DNA of 64,000 bases, taken from contig CAVOVT010000007.1 in the NCBI GenBank assembly GCA_963699925.1, positions 368,173-432,172 of the forward strand, written 5' to 3'. The number at the start of each line of letters is the position of its first letter. Position 1 is the stretch's first letter. Shown here one piece after another: positions 40,908-51,132 of the stretch. The DNA comes from an uncultured Gammaproteobacteria bacterium (lineage in GTDB: Bacteria; Pseudomonadota; Gammaproteobacteria; Steroidobacterales; Rariloculaceae). Below the pieces are notes generated by a model. That model made no database searches, was not told where the DNA came from, and worked only from the letters and a program-made list of their open reading frames with translations. The position numbers and the translations under genes are program-made.

Positions 40908-42742
40908 TCCTTCGGGACGAGCCCACGCTTCGCCGCTTCTTGCGCAACTCGCGGATCCACCGACTTCGACATTGCGATGTCGGCCTGGCCCTGCGCGGTC
41001 TTGCCATCGTGCAGCTCGACGAGTCCGCGCCCGTAAAGAGCCCACGGATTACGCGGCAGCGATGCGAGCACCGTGTCGTAGTCCTTGAGCGCCCTGTCGT
41101 ATTCGCCCCTGCGCAGATACGTGAGTCCGCGGCTATCGAGGTAGACCACGGCCTCCGGCCGCTCCTTGATCGCTCGATTGCAGTCGGCGAGCGCCTTGTC
41201 GAGGTCCTCGCCGAGCATCGCCCGCACCCGGCAGCGCGAGGCGAGCGCTTCCGGAGTCCGGATCTCCTGCAAATGCGCGTCGAGCCACTGGTCGTACTGC
41301 TCGATCGCTTGCCGGAACGAGCCCGCGCGCGCATACAGGTTGCCGAGCGCGAGCCGTACGTCGGCTTCCTTCGCAACGGTCAAGTTCACCTTGTCGAGAT
41401 CGGCGAGCACGTCGCCCCCCGAGTCACCGGTCGCATCGCGCCGACTGAGGCGCAGCCCCGCTCGCGCGACAAGCGCCGGCACGTAGTCCGGCTTCAAAGC
41501 GAGCGCCTGATCGAGGTCCGCGGACGCGAGCGCGGGTTGGCGGTTGCCGAGCCGCGCCTCCGCGCGCTGATAGAAATATTCGGCCTCGCTCGGCGCGAGC
41601 TCGCACGCGCGCGTGAGGTCTTCGATCGCGTGCGCGAAGTCGCGGCGCGCGGCATACGCGACGCCGCGACGGCTGTAGCCGGCGGCGTCGGTTGGCTCAT
41701 CGCTCGGTAGCCCGGGCGGCGCGGTGTTCGCGGCCGCCGGTTCAGCCGCCGTCTCGCGCGTCGCGGAGCCGGCTGCGGCCAATGGACGTGCTTGCGCGCT
41801 GCCGGGGCCCGAGCTCAGGTCGAACACCGGTCCGCCGTTGTACGTGAAGTAGAGCTTGCGTTGGCTGCTGGCGACGTAGATCCGGTGCGAGAGGAAAAAG
41901 TCGGTGCCGATCATCATGTCGGCCTCGGGCAGGCTGACGTCGCCGAAGCGCAGCTTCGTCTGCTTCACCTCCTCGTCGCCGATCTTGAAGCTTGCGACCG
42001 GCGCGATCCAAGTCTGTTCCGTCTTCGCGCCGAGGCCGCCGATGAGCCCGGCCTTCACGGCACCGGCGCTGTCCGGAGTCATGCCGGCGCGCTCGGCGGC
42101 GCGCAGGGTCAACAGTGAATAGGCCGCGCCTGTGTCGAACACGACGTGGATCCGCGTCCCGTTGACGAGCGCCGTACCGGTCGTATGCGGCTGCGCCTGC
42201 GTCGCCCACGCGATCTCCATCACCGAGTATGGCTCGCCGTTCTGCGCCCAGTACGCGAGCATGCGCTTGTCGCACCCTATCGGCTGCAGCAACCGGATCG
42301 CGCCGTGCGCGAGGTCGTACTCGACGTCCGCCAGCCGGAATACGTTCTGGCCCAGCAGCCCGGCCGCGCGTGCCAGCTGTGCGCCGCCGACGATGAACTG
42401 AACGTCGCGTATGGGCACGCCCGCGAGCGTGAACTGCTTGACCGTAGTTACGCCGGCCCCGGTCGAGCCCGTGATGCCGTGGACGCGAATGTTCGACGGC
42501 ATGACGCGGAGCTTGAGCTCCGCGGCGCTTGCGGGAGAAAGCGTGCTGTAGAACGCGCCGCTGTCCGCGATGAACTGAACGTCGGCGCCGTTGATCTGCG
42601 CGGTAATCATCGGCCGCAAGCCATTCATCGTGACCGGCAGCTCCGCGATCTTGCCGATCTTGCACTCGGCCGCGAATCCGCTCCCCGGCGATCCCGCAAG
42701 AGCCAGGAGCGAGGCCAACACCCCTACGATGCGAGCTGACAT
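40904..42742 (-). CDS. secreted protein with two retropepsin-like aspartic protease domains plus C-terminal TPR repeats
   Basis: The ORF is intact. It starts MSARIVGVLASLLALAG. It has two catalytic-type motifs, FIADSGAFYS and VVFDTGAAYS. A Pro/Ala linker and TPR-like repeats follow (YFYQRAEARL, GNLYARAGSFRQAIEQYD, RGLTYLRRGEYDRALKDYD). Confidence 0.8.
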   Translation of the reverse strand: MSARIVGVLASLLALAGSPGSGFAAECKIGKIAELPVTMNGLRPMITAQINGADVQFIADSGAFYSTLSPASAAELKLRVMPSNIRVHGITGSTGAGVTTVKQFTLAGVPIRDVQFIVGGAQLARAAGLLGQNVFRLADVEYDLAHGAIRLLQPIGCDKRMLAYWAQNGEPYSVMEIAWATQAQPHTTGTALVNGTRIHVVFDTGAAYSLLTLRAAERAGMTPDSAGAVKAGLIGGLGAKTEQTWIAPVASFKIGDEEVKQTKLRFGDVSLPEADMMIGTDFFLSHRIYVASSQRKLYFTYNGGPVFDLSSGPGSAQARPLAAAGSATRETAAEPAAANTAPPGLPSDEPTDAAGYSRRGVAYAARRDFAHAIEDLTRACELAPSEAEYFYQRAEARLGNRQPALASADLDQALALKPDYVPALVARAGLRLSRRDATGDSGGDVLADLDKVNLTVAKEADVRLALGNLYARAGSFRQAIEQYDQWLDAHLQEIRTPEALASRCRVRAMLGEDLDKALADCNRAIKERPEAVVYLDSRGLTYLRRGEYDRALKDYDTVLASLPRNPWALYGRGLVELHDGKTAQGQADIAMSKSVDPRVAQEAAKRGLVPKE

Positions 42743-42810
42743 GGTTCCCCTTTCGGCGACCGGACGCCGGGCCGCAAGTAGTGTCTTCTCGCGGCGGTCG
42801 ACACGATAGA

Positions 42811-45337
42811 ATGCCGCATACACTGCCGCCAATACCCTTGAGCTCGCGACCCGCCAAGCTGCTTACGCTCGCCGTCCCGGTGCTGGCCCTTGCGGCCGGC
42901 GCTTGGTGGACGCTCGGCCCCCATCGCGACCGCATGGCCGTGCAGGATCTGCTCTCCCACTACTGCGTCGATTGTCATAATCCGGTCGACCTCACGGCCA
43001 ACCTCGTGATCGACCCCGCGAGCCTCGATCGCGTCGGCGCGCAGCCCGAGCATTGGGAGAAGGTCGTCCGCAAGCTGCGCGCGGAGTCGATGCCGCCCGA
43101 CGATCCGCGCCCGCCGCACGAGGCGTACACGACGGCCGCCGCATTCCTCGAGCGCGAGCTCGATGCAGCCGCAAGCGAGCGGCCGAACGCGGGCGACGTG
43201 CCGCTGTTCCGTCGCCTCACGCGCACGGAGTACGAGAACGCGATCCGCGATCTCCTCGCGCTCGAGCACCTGCCGGCCGAGCTCGACTTCGAGCTGCTGC
43301 TGCCGGCCGACAACGCGAGCAGCGGCTTCGACAACATCGCGGACCTCCTCTTCGTCTCGCCCGTCGTGATGGAGCGTTACATCGGCGCGGCCCAGAAGCT
43401 CGCGCGGCTCGCGGTGGGCGACATGCGAACGCCGGTGCTCGTGAACATCTACAAGCTCTCCGAGCAGTTGCCGCAGGACGAGCGCGTCGACGAGCTGTCG
43501 TTCGGCACGCGCGGCGGGCTCGCGGTCGAGAGCTACTTTCCGCTGGACGCGACTTACACGTTCGAAATCGAGACCGCGGCTGCGGCGCGCGACGAGTACA
43601 AGATCGAGGTCAGCGTCGACGGCGCGCGCGCCGCGGCGAAGTCGATCGGCGCGGCGGTGATCGTTCCGCGGCGCGGCAACGACCACGTTTTGCTCGAAGT
43701 GCCGATCGCGGCCGGACCGCACCTCGTCGGCATCACGTTCGTCGAGCGCTCGCAGGCACTCGACGAGGGCCTCGTGCGCTCGCGAATGCGCAGCCGCGGG
43801 ACGATGCCCTCGATCGCGATCGCGACGATCCGCGGGCCCTATTCGCCGACCGGCCCCGGCGACACACCGAGCCGCAAGCGAATCTTCGTCTGCCGACCCA
43901 CGAGCGAAGCCGAAGAGACGCCTTGCGCCCGCGAGATACTCGGCACGCTCGCGCGGCGCGCGTACCGCCGCGCGACCAGCGACGCCGATCTCGAGGACCT
44001 GATGCCGTTCTACGAGCAAGGGCGCGCGGACGGCGGTTTCGACGCGGGCATCCAGCTCGCGCTCGAGCGCCTGCTCGTGAGCCCGCAATTCTTGTACCGG
44101 ATCGAGCGCGAGCCCGTGCCGCACGCTGGCATGACCGCGAGCGCGGCGGACGCGCGGCCGCTGCGCGCGGCGCGCGATTCTTCCGCCGGACGCTCCGACG
44201 GCCCTTCGGCCACGACGAGCGCCGCGCGGCACGAAGCGCCGATCGGCGTCGCACCGATCAACGACGTCGAGCTCGCGTCGCGGCTGTCGTTCTTCCTCTG
44301 GAGCAGCATCCCGGACGACGAGCTGCTCGAAACCGCGCTCGACGGCCGGCTGCACGAGACCGGCGTGCTACGTGCGCAAGCGCAGCGGATGCTCGCCGAC
44401 CCGCGCGCCGAGTCGATGGTTACGAACTTCGCGGCGCAATGGCTCTTCCTGCGGGACGTCGAGGCGAAGGATCCCGACATCTTCCTGTTCCCCGACCACG
44501 ACGTCTCGCTGCGCCGCGCCCTCGAGCATGAGACCGAGCTCTTCGTCGGCGACGTACTGCGAAGGCGGCGGCAGCGTGACGGATCTACTGACCGCGCGTT
44601 ACACGTTCCTGAACGAGCGGCTGGCCCGGCACTACGGCATGCCGAACGTCTACGGCAGCTACTTCCGCCGCGTCGACCTTGGCGCGGACAGCCCGCGCGC
44701 AGGGCTGCTCGGCCAGGGAAGCATCCTGACGGTGACCTCGTACTCGACGCGCACGTCGCCGGTGCTGCGCGGCAAGTACGTTCTCGACAACCTGCTCGCC
44801 TCGCCGCCTCCGCCTCCGCCGGCCGACGTGCCGGCTCTGAAGACCGAGGACGACGCGGCGGGCGGCCGGCCACTCACGATGCGCGAGGCGATGGTGAAAC
44901 ACCGCGCGAACCCGGTCTGTGCGAGCTGCCACGCGAAGATGGACCCGATCGGCTTCGCGCTCGAGCATTTCGATGCCGTGGGGCGCTGGCGCGATGCCGA
45001 CGCGGGCCAGCCGATCGATACTGCGAGCAAGCTGCTCGACGGCTCGACGATCGATGGTCTCGCGGGCGTGCAGTCGATGCTGCTGCGCGATCCTTCGCTC
45101 TTCGTGCACGCGTTCACGGAGAAGCTCATGATGTACGCACTCGGACGCAACGTGCAGTACTACGACGCGCCCGCGATTCGGTCGATCATGCGAGCCGCGG
45201 CCGAGAAAAATTACGCGTTTTCGACTATCGTCGAAGGCATCGTGGAAAGCGTTCCGTTCAGGATGCGAAACGTGCATGCGTCGGCCGAGGGACAGACGGT
45301 CGCCGCTGCGCGTGACAGCGAGGGGGTCGGTCCATGA
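42811..45337 (+). CDS. DUF1592/DUF1588/DUF1587/DUF1585/DUF1595-type protein, copy 2
   Basis: It starts MPHTLPPIPLSSRPAKLLTLAVPVLALAAGAWW. It has CxxCH motifs CVDCH and CASCH, and RLSFFLWSSIPDDELL. The C-terminal third lies in ORF 44372..45337. There is one frame change near 44565. Confidence 0.85.
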
Positions 45338-46679
45338 CGTTCATCACGAAGCGAACGCTGCCGCGGCGCACGTTCTTGCGCGCGGCCGGCGCGACCATCG
45401 CGCTGCCGATGCTCGATGCGATGCTGCCGGCCTTCGGCGCGGACTCGTCGCCATGGACGCCGCGGCTCGGCTTCATGTACGTCGGCAACGGCATCGTGCA
45501 CAAGACCTTCAAGCCCGTCGGCGAAGGCTCGAGCTTCGAGCTCTCACCCGTGCTCGCACCACTCGCGCCGCTGCGCAAGCAGCTCACGGTCGTGAGCGGC
45601 CTCGATCACAAGCAGGCCGAGAACTTCGGCGACGGGACCGGCGACCATCCGCGCTCCTCGGCCGCGTGGCTCACGGGCGTGCACGCGTGGGACCGCACGC
45701 GGCCGGGCGTCGAGGTGAAGCTCGCGACGAGCGCCGATCAGCTCGCGGCCGACGTGCTCGGCCGGACGACGCCGGTGCGCTCGCTCGAGCTCTCGGTCGA
45801 CACCGCGACGCAGAGCGCGTGCGACGCGGGCGACTGCTTCTACGTGAACACCGTATCGTGGCGCAACGCGACCACGCCGAACTTGACCGAGAACCATCCG
45901 CGGCTCGTCTTCGAGCGGCTGTTCGGCGACGGCGGCAGCAACGCCGAGCGGCTCGCGCGGATCAAGAAAACGAGCAGCATCCTCGACTCGGTGCGCGAAG
46001 AAGCGCTCCGGCTAGCCTCGAGCGTCGGCGCGGGCGACAAGGCGAAGCTCGACGAATACTTGGACTCGGTGCGCGAGATCGAGCAGCGCATCCAGGGCGC
46101 CGAGGCGCGCGAGCACGATGACGTCGCGCTGCCGGAGCGGCCGACCGGGATCCCGGCGTCGTTCGAAGAGCACACGAAGCTGATGCTCGACCTCGCCGCT
46201 GCTCGGCGTTCCAGACCGACACGACGCGGATCTTCTCGATGATCCTCGCGCGCGAGGTCAGCAATCGCTCGTACCCGCAGATCGGCGTGCCGGAGCAGCA
46301 TCATCCGGTTTCGCATCATCGGAACGACCCGGTGCTGATCGAGAAGAAGACGAAGATCGACGCGTACCACGTGTCGTTCCTCGGCTATCTCGCGGCGAAG
46401 ATGCAGGCCACGCCCGACGGCGACGGCACGCTGCTCGATCACAGCCTCTTGATGTACGGCGGCGGCATGGGCGACGGCAATCTGCACCGCCACAACGACC
46501 TGCCCTGCGTGCTGCTCGGCAGCCTCGGCGGCCGGCTCAAAGTCGGCCAGCACGTCGCGTACCCGAGCGGCACGCCGATGACGAACCTGCTCGTCTCGCT
46601 GCTCGACAAGATCGGCGTGCCGGTCGACGCGCTCGGCGACAGCACGGGCCACCTCTCGCCCGACCGCTTGTCCGCCTGA
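45334..46679 (+). CDS. DUF1552 (HxxSHH) family protein, copy 2, Tat-like signal
   Basis: The ATGA overlap with the upstream stop is at 45334-45337. It has MTFITKRTLPRRTFLRAAGATIALPMLDAM and QHHPVSHHRND. There is one frame change near 46195, where the protein continues in ORF 46239. Confidence 0.85.
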
Positions 46680-46717
46680 CGCTCCCGCATTCGGTTCGAC
46701 GCGTCTTCGTGGGAGAG

Positions 46718-47686
46718 CTACCGCATGGCGACCTCATGCGAGCGCCTGCCGCCGAGCTCCCGCAGCCTGTCGTTCATGCGTTCGACCTCTGTCTTATCGA
46801 GCAGCGGCCCCACGCGTACACGATGCAACGTTCGGCGCCGGCCGTCTTCGGACACCACGAACGCGTTCACGAGGCCCTGAAATTTCAGCTCGTTGACGAG
46901 CTGGACCGCGTCGTCGCGGTTCGTGAACCTACCGGCCTCCGCGAATAGCCTTTCCGGTTTTTCGCGCGACGGCTGGGCTGCCGGCGGCGGGGAAGCCGGT
47001 CGAGACTTCGTCGGCGCGGCCGGAGGACTAACCGGAGCGGCGTTCTTGCCCCCGTCATGCGTCGTAGTCGGATCTCGATTGTCGCGGTGCCCCGCAGTCG
47101 CGGCGTGCGACGGTGGCGGCCCCCGGAGCGCTCGCACTTCGACCTTCGTCGTTCCCTTCCGGACCATATCGAGCTCTGTCGCTGCGGCATAGGAGAGGTC
47201 GATCAACCGCTTCCCGACGAACGGCCCGCGATCGTTGACTTTGACGGTCACGTGCCTGCCGTTCGTCAAGTTCGTGACCTCGACCCAGGTCGGAATCGGC
47301 AGCGTCGGATGGGCCGCAGTCATCTCGTACATGTCGTACATTTCGCCGCTCGAGGTCGGATGGCCATCGAACGGACGCCCGTACCAAGAGGCGACGCCGC
47401 GTTCCCGATAACCCTCGCTCGATGCCCGCACGAAGTATCGCTTGCCGAGTACCTCGTAGTACGGCGGATCGCCGCTCACGGCATCCGGTCTTGGCGGCCC
47501 ATTCGTCGTCGGCGCGCGTGTCTGCCCCGCCCGCGCGTCGCATACCAGCCCTGCGACCAGAATGACGGACCACATCGCCACCCAACAGCGGTACGCCCGG
47601 CCGAAATCGGTGCCGCCGCGGGCGAGAGATACAGCGATGGCGCGTGGCTTCCGTGTCACGACGGCGACCCTCATCCATGTCGACAA
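46718..47686 (-). CDS. rlpA: septal-ring lytic transglycosylase RlpA family protein with C-terminal SPOR domain
   Basis: The ORF is intact. It has GVASWYGRPFDGHPTSSGEMYDMYEMTAAHPTLPIPTWVEVTNLTNGRHVTVKVNDRGPF. The SPOR-like end has FAEAGRFTNRDDAVQLVNELK. An alternative start is the Met at 47575. Confidence 0.9.
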   Translation of the reverse strand: MSTWMRVAVVTRKPRAIAVSLARGGTDFGRAYRCWVAMWSVILVAGLVCDARAGQTRAPTTNGPPRPDAVSGDPPYYEVLGKRYFVRASSEGYRERGVASWYGRPFDGHPTSSGEMYDMYEMTAAHPTLPIPTWVEVTNLTNGRHVTVKVNDRGPFVGKRLIDLSYAAATELDMVRKGTTKVEVRALRGPPPSHAATAGHRDNRDPTTTHDGGKNAAPVSPPAAPTKSRPASPPPAAQPSREKPERLFAEAGRFTNRDDAVQLVNELKFQGLVNAFVVSEDGRRRTLHRVRVGPLLDKTEVERMNDRLRELGGRRSHEVAMR

Positions 47687-47884
47687 CGGGGTGCTGCATC
47701 AACCGTGCCGGGATGTCGTCCAGGCGATTGGCGGCGTATGGCCTCAGCACCTAGGAGCGCGCGCGAAATTGAACGGTGCGTGGAGATTTGAGAATCTGAG
47801 ACGAGACTCTGCGGGCTCGCGATGCCCACCGAGCGCAATGGCCAGCACTGGACGGTCATAGGGCCGCCGGGCTATACCGGCGGC

Positions 47885-48583
47885 ATGACACTCGCAGGCA
47901 AAGTCGTCGCCGTCACCGGCGGCTCGGGGCAGCTCGGCAGCGCTGTCGTTCGCGCAGCGCTCTCGGCCGGCGCGTTGGTTGCATCGCTCGACCACGCGGC
48001 GTCGCCGAGCGGTCCGACCGCCCCTAAAGGCGCGCTCGCGCTCGGCGGTTTCGATCTCGCCGAGCCCGACGCGGCAACGCTCGCGCTCGAGCAGGTCGTC
48101 AAGCAGCTCGGCGGGCTCGACGCGCTCGTGAACGTCGCCGGCACGTTCCGCTTCGAGAAGCTTGCGGACGGAGGCCTCGAGACCTGGGACCTGCTCTACC
48201 GAGTCAACCTCCGCACGGCGGTCAGCGCTTCGCGCGCTGCGCTTCCGCACCTGCTACGGCGCGGCGGTGGCCGCATCGTGAACGTCGGTGCTTTAGCGGC
48301 CGCGAATCGAGCCGCGAGTGGGATGGGCGCGTACACCGCGTCGAAGGCCGGCGTGCTGAAGCTCACCGAGGCGCTCGCAGCGGAGCTGAAAGATCACGGA
48401 ATCACGGTCAATGCGGTCCTGCCGAGCACGATCGACACGCGGACCAATCGGGCCGATATGCCGAAGGCGGACTTTAGCCGCTGGGTCGCGCCGCAAGACC
48501 TCGCGAGCGTGATCGTCTTCCTGCTCTCGGACGAGGCGCGCGCGGTGACCGGCGCACTGATCCCGGTGGCCGGGCGGGTCTGA
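47885..48583 (+). CDS. SDR family oxidoreductase
   Basis: It has MTLAGKVVAVTGGSGQLG, YTASKAG and a LPSTIDT tail. The ORF is intact. Confidence 0.85.
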   Translation: MTLAGKVVAVTGGSGQLGSAVVRAALSAGALVASLDHAASPSGPTAPKGALALGGFDLAEPDAATLALEQVVKQLGGLDALVNVAGTFRFEKLADGGLETWDLLYRVNLRTAVSASRAALPHLLRRGGGRIVNVGALAAANRAASGMGAYTASKAGVLKLTEALAAELKDHGITVNAVLPSTIDTRTNRADMPKADFSRWVAPQDLASVIVFLLSDEARAVTGALIPVAGRV

Positions 48584-48586
48584 CCG

Positions 48587-49162
48587 CTAGCGCCAGCGGT
48601 TGCCGAGGATCCAGGCGACGAGGCTCCAGCGAGTCCCGCGCGTGACCGGCGTGACGCGGTGCAGAACGAAGCTCGGGAACGCGATGAACGCGCCTCTCGT
48701 CCGGTCCATCGGCTCCGGCTGATTCGCGAACAGCAGCTCCAAGTCGCCGCCTTCGTAATCCCCCGGGCTCGACAGCTGAACCGACACCGAGATTTTGCGC
48801 AGCGGCCGGAAGCCCGCGAAATCGGTGTGCCAGTCGTAGAACCCTTGGTCCGCGCCGTCGTAGCGCGCGAGCTGGATGTTGTCTTCCACTGCCGCGATGT
48901 CGACATTGAAGAACAGGCGGTTGCATTCCTGCCCCGCAGCCCAGACCCGGTCGTAGAGCCACCGGTATTTCGGCTCCATGCGGAGGAACGCGACACGAGA
49001 CCGGCGCACGCGCTGATCCGCGCCGCCGCCGCCCAGCTCCCCTTCTGTCACGAGCGCCGCGTGCTCCGCGAGCAGCCGGTCCATCTCGGCGTCGGTCAGG
49101 AAGCCCGAGGCCGTGGCGCGAGTCTCGAACGGCGGAAGGGTCTGTTCTTGTTGGGCAGGCAT
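48587..49162 (-). CDS. 2OG-Fe(II) oxygenase superfamily protein
   Basis: It has FYDWHTDFAG (HxD) and FVLHRVTPVTRGTRWSLVAW. The start is taken at MPAQQEQ. Confidence 0.7.
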   Translation of the reverse strand: MPAQQEQTLPPFETRATASGFLTDAEMDRLLAEHAALVTEGELGGGGADQRVRRSRVAFLRMEPKYRWLYDRVWAAGQECNRLFFNVDIAAVEDNIQLARYDGADQGFYDWHTDFAGFRPLRKISVSVQLSSPGDYEGGDLELLFANQPEPMDRTRGAFIAFPSFVLHRVTPVTRGTRWSLVAWILGNRWR

Positions 49163-49461
49163 CGATTCCGGGTGGTCCGCGTTGGCCCGAGCACGGACGG
49201 CGGCCTCGATGCACCGCCCCCGTACGCCCGTCCTGGTCAACGCAAGCGAGTATCCGCTGCGCTACCCGTGTTCCGCAATCGGCGCTCGCGCCGCCGGGGC
49301 GGGCGCTCGGAGCCGCAACATAACCCGGTCTCGCTGCGAGCGCGAAAGCGTGACGGAGGTCTTCGCCGCCGCGCGCGCCCTCCGAGATCATGCTTGGCAC
49401 GTCCCACCCACAAGCCGGCGATGCCGACGCACGAAGCAAAGGGACGTCTCACGATGCCGCC

Positions 49462-49638
49462 ATGGAGGCTGCGATGAGAAAGGCCGAGCCCGTCGACGAG
49501 TTTGCCGAGACCGAGGTGTTGATCCACGCGGAAGATCTGACGAACCGCGACGCCGACGCGTTGTCGCTCTACGCGGAGTACGCGACCGAGCTCGCGCATG
49601 AGGCGAGCCCGCGCTTCGATTCACGCCTGCGACGCTGA
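49462..49638 (+). CDS. possible small acidic hypothetical protein (58 aa)
   Basis: Third-position GC is high when read by hand (MEAAMRKAEPVDEFAETEVLIHAEDL...). I recognise no family and see no clear Shine-Dalgarno. Confidence 0.3.
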   Translation: MEAAMRKAEPVDEFAETEVLIHAEDLTNRDADALSLYAEYATELAHEASPRFDSRLRR

Positions 49639-49689
49639 ACGCGCCCTAGATCACGCCGTCGAGCGGCCGCGCGGCCGAGAGCCTCGGCT

Positions 49690-50313
49690 CTAGAGGCGGA
49701 ACAAAAACTCCTGCATGCCGTTGCGCAGCAGCCGCGCGCGATCGACGGCATAGCGCGGCATGCAGGTCGCGAGATCCTCGGGAGAATAACGCGGTGCCGC
49801 GCGCACCGGCGCGGTCTGCGGCACGATCTCGAGCCGTTGCTCGTCGAGCGGCACGAAAGAGCTCGGGCGCTCGGGCATCTGGCGGGCGGCATAGTAGACG
49901 AGCGCGTGCACGAGCGTGCCCGGCCGGCCGCGCGCCGCGATGCATTCCATCACCGCCGTGAGCGCGGGGCGATTCAGGTAGTTCAGCAGGTCCCAGCAGA
50001 GCACGATGTCGGTGGGCTCCTGACGGCGCGCGGGCAGGGCCGCCTCCGCGAGGCTGCGAAGGCGGCGGGGATCTTGCTCCGCGTTCAGGGAGTCGATCGC
50101 GTCGGCGAGCTCGGCGACCTCGTAGCGGCAGCGGAATTGACTCAGCAGCCGCACGGTCGCGGGGCGCGCCGAAGCGAGGTCGAGCAACACGAAGCGGCCG
50201 CCGTCGCCGAGACGATCGACGAGCGAGTGAAAGAGCGGCGCGCTGAGGCTGTCGTCCGGCTGCGCTCCGCCGGAGTTCGATGCGCGCGTCGCGCCGTGGG
50301 GCTCAGCCGCCAA
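49690..50313 (-). CDS. hypothetical protein, loosely methyltransferase-fold-like, co-oriented 12 nt downstream of bactofilin
   Basis: The 207-aa ORF is intact. It has GGRFVLLDLASA and TDIVLCWDLLNYLNRPAL, which resemble class I MTase motifs I and post-II. The function is not established. Confidence 0.6.
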   Translation of the reverse strand: MAAEPHGATRASNSGGAQPDDSLSAPLFHSLVDRLGDGGRFVLLDLASARPATVRLLSQFRCRYEVAELADAIDSLNAEQDPRRLRSLAEAALPARRQEPTDIVLCWDLLNYLNRPALTAVMECIAARGRPGTLVHALVYYAARQMPERPSSFVPLDEQRLEIVPQTAPVRAAPRYSPEDLATCMPRYAVDRARLLRNGMQEFLFRL

Positions 50314-50325
50314 GGTCGTCGCTTG

Positions 50326-50886
50326 CTAGCTCGCGCTCTTGACCGCCGAGGATGCCCCCGGGCTCGGAGCCATTTGCGGCGCCTGCGCCGGCCGCGGAGC
50401 CTGAGCCCCTGCCGTCGCGGGCTTGGGCGCATTGCGCGCGGTCGCGCTCTGAACCGCCTGCGGGTCCATCTCGATCGCGCCCTTGAACTTGGCTCCTTCC
50501 TCGAGGCTGACGCGCGGCGAGGTCACGTTGCCGCGAACCTGCGCGTTCTTGCGGATCGCGACCCGCTCCGAGCCGTACAGGTCGCCTTCCATGAAGCCGT
50601 CCACGATGATCGACTGGGCGTACACGTCGGCCCGGACCTTGCCCTGGGGCCCGATCGTGAGGCTGTTGTTCTTGAGCTGAACGGTGCCGTTCACCTCGCC
50701 TTCGATCAGGAGGTCCTCTTCGCCGCGCAGATCGCCGTCGATGTGGATCGACGCCCCGATCATCGCGTGCTCGCGCCCGGCCGATGATGGCCGCGCCGCT
50801 GTGCTTTCCGATCGCGGCGCCGGATCCGACCGCAGCCCCGAATCGGCCGGCTTATCCGTGCCGCCTTTCTTGCTCATCTCGAACAT
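50326..50886 (-). CDS. bactofilin (DUF583) cytoskeletal protein
   Basis: The ORF is intact. The repetitive beta-helix core reads IHIDGDLRGEEDLLIEGEVNGTVQLKNNSLTIGPQGKVRADVYAQSIIVDGFMEGDLYGSERVAIRKNAQVRGNV. The tails are Pro/Ala-rich. Confidence 0.85.
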   Translation of the reverse strand: MFEMSKKGGTDKPADSGLRSDPAPRSESTAARPSSAGREHAMIGASIHIDGDLRGEEDLLIEGEVNGTVQLKNNSLTIGPQGKVRADVYAQSIIVDGFMEGDLYGSERVAIRKNAQVRGNVTSPRVSLEEGAKFKGAIEMDPQAVQSATARNAPKPATAGAQAPRPAQAPQMAPSPGASSAVKSAS

Positions 50887-50916
50887 AGTGACCCCCAGGT
50901 CAGGTGAGGTGATTTG

Positions 50917-50932
50917 AACTGTCCCAACAGTT
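50917..50932. promoter_or_regulatory. palindrome AACTGT-CCCA-ACAGTT about 30 nt upstream of the bactofilin start
   Basis: I read it directly from the sequence, in a low-GC divergent intergenic region. Confidence 0.25.
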
Positions 50933-50947
50933 AGCGCGCATTACTTG

Positions 50948-50981
50948 ACGAGGCGTCTATCTCCCAACGAGACGTCTATCT
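50948..50981. promoter_or_regulatory. 15-nt direct repeat ACGAG(G/A)CGTCTATCT x2, 19-nt period, adjacent to a TTGACG -35-like hexamer
   Basis: I read it directly from the sequence; 14 of 15 positions are identical. It lies between the divergent bactofilin and DUF2934 genes. Confidence 0.3.
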
Positions 50982-51132
50982 AGCACAGCGGCGCACCGAA
51001 CTCCATCCTGTCGTTCACAGCCGACACGTTTTCGCGCGAATAAACTATGATGATCGTGACGGCGTGCGTGGATGAAAAACCATCACACTGTCGTCATCCT
51101 GTTCCGGTAATCTCGAGAAGCGTCTGAATTTA

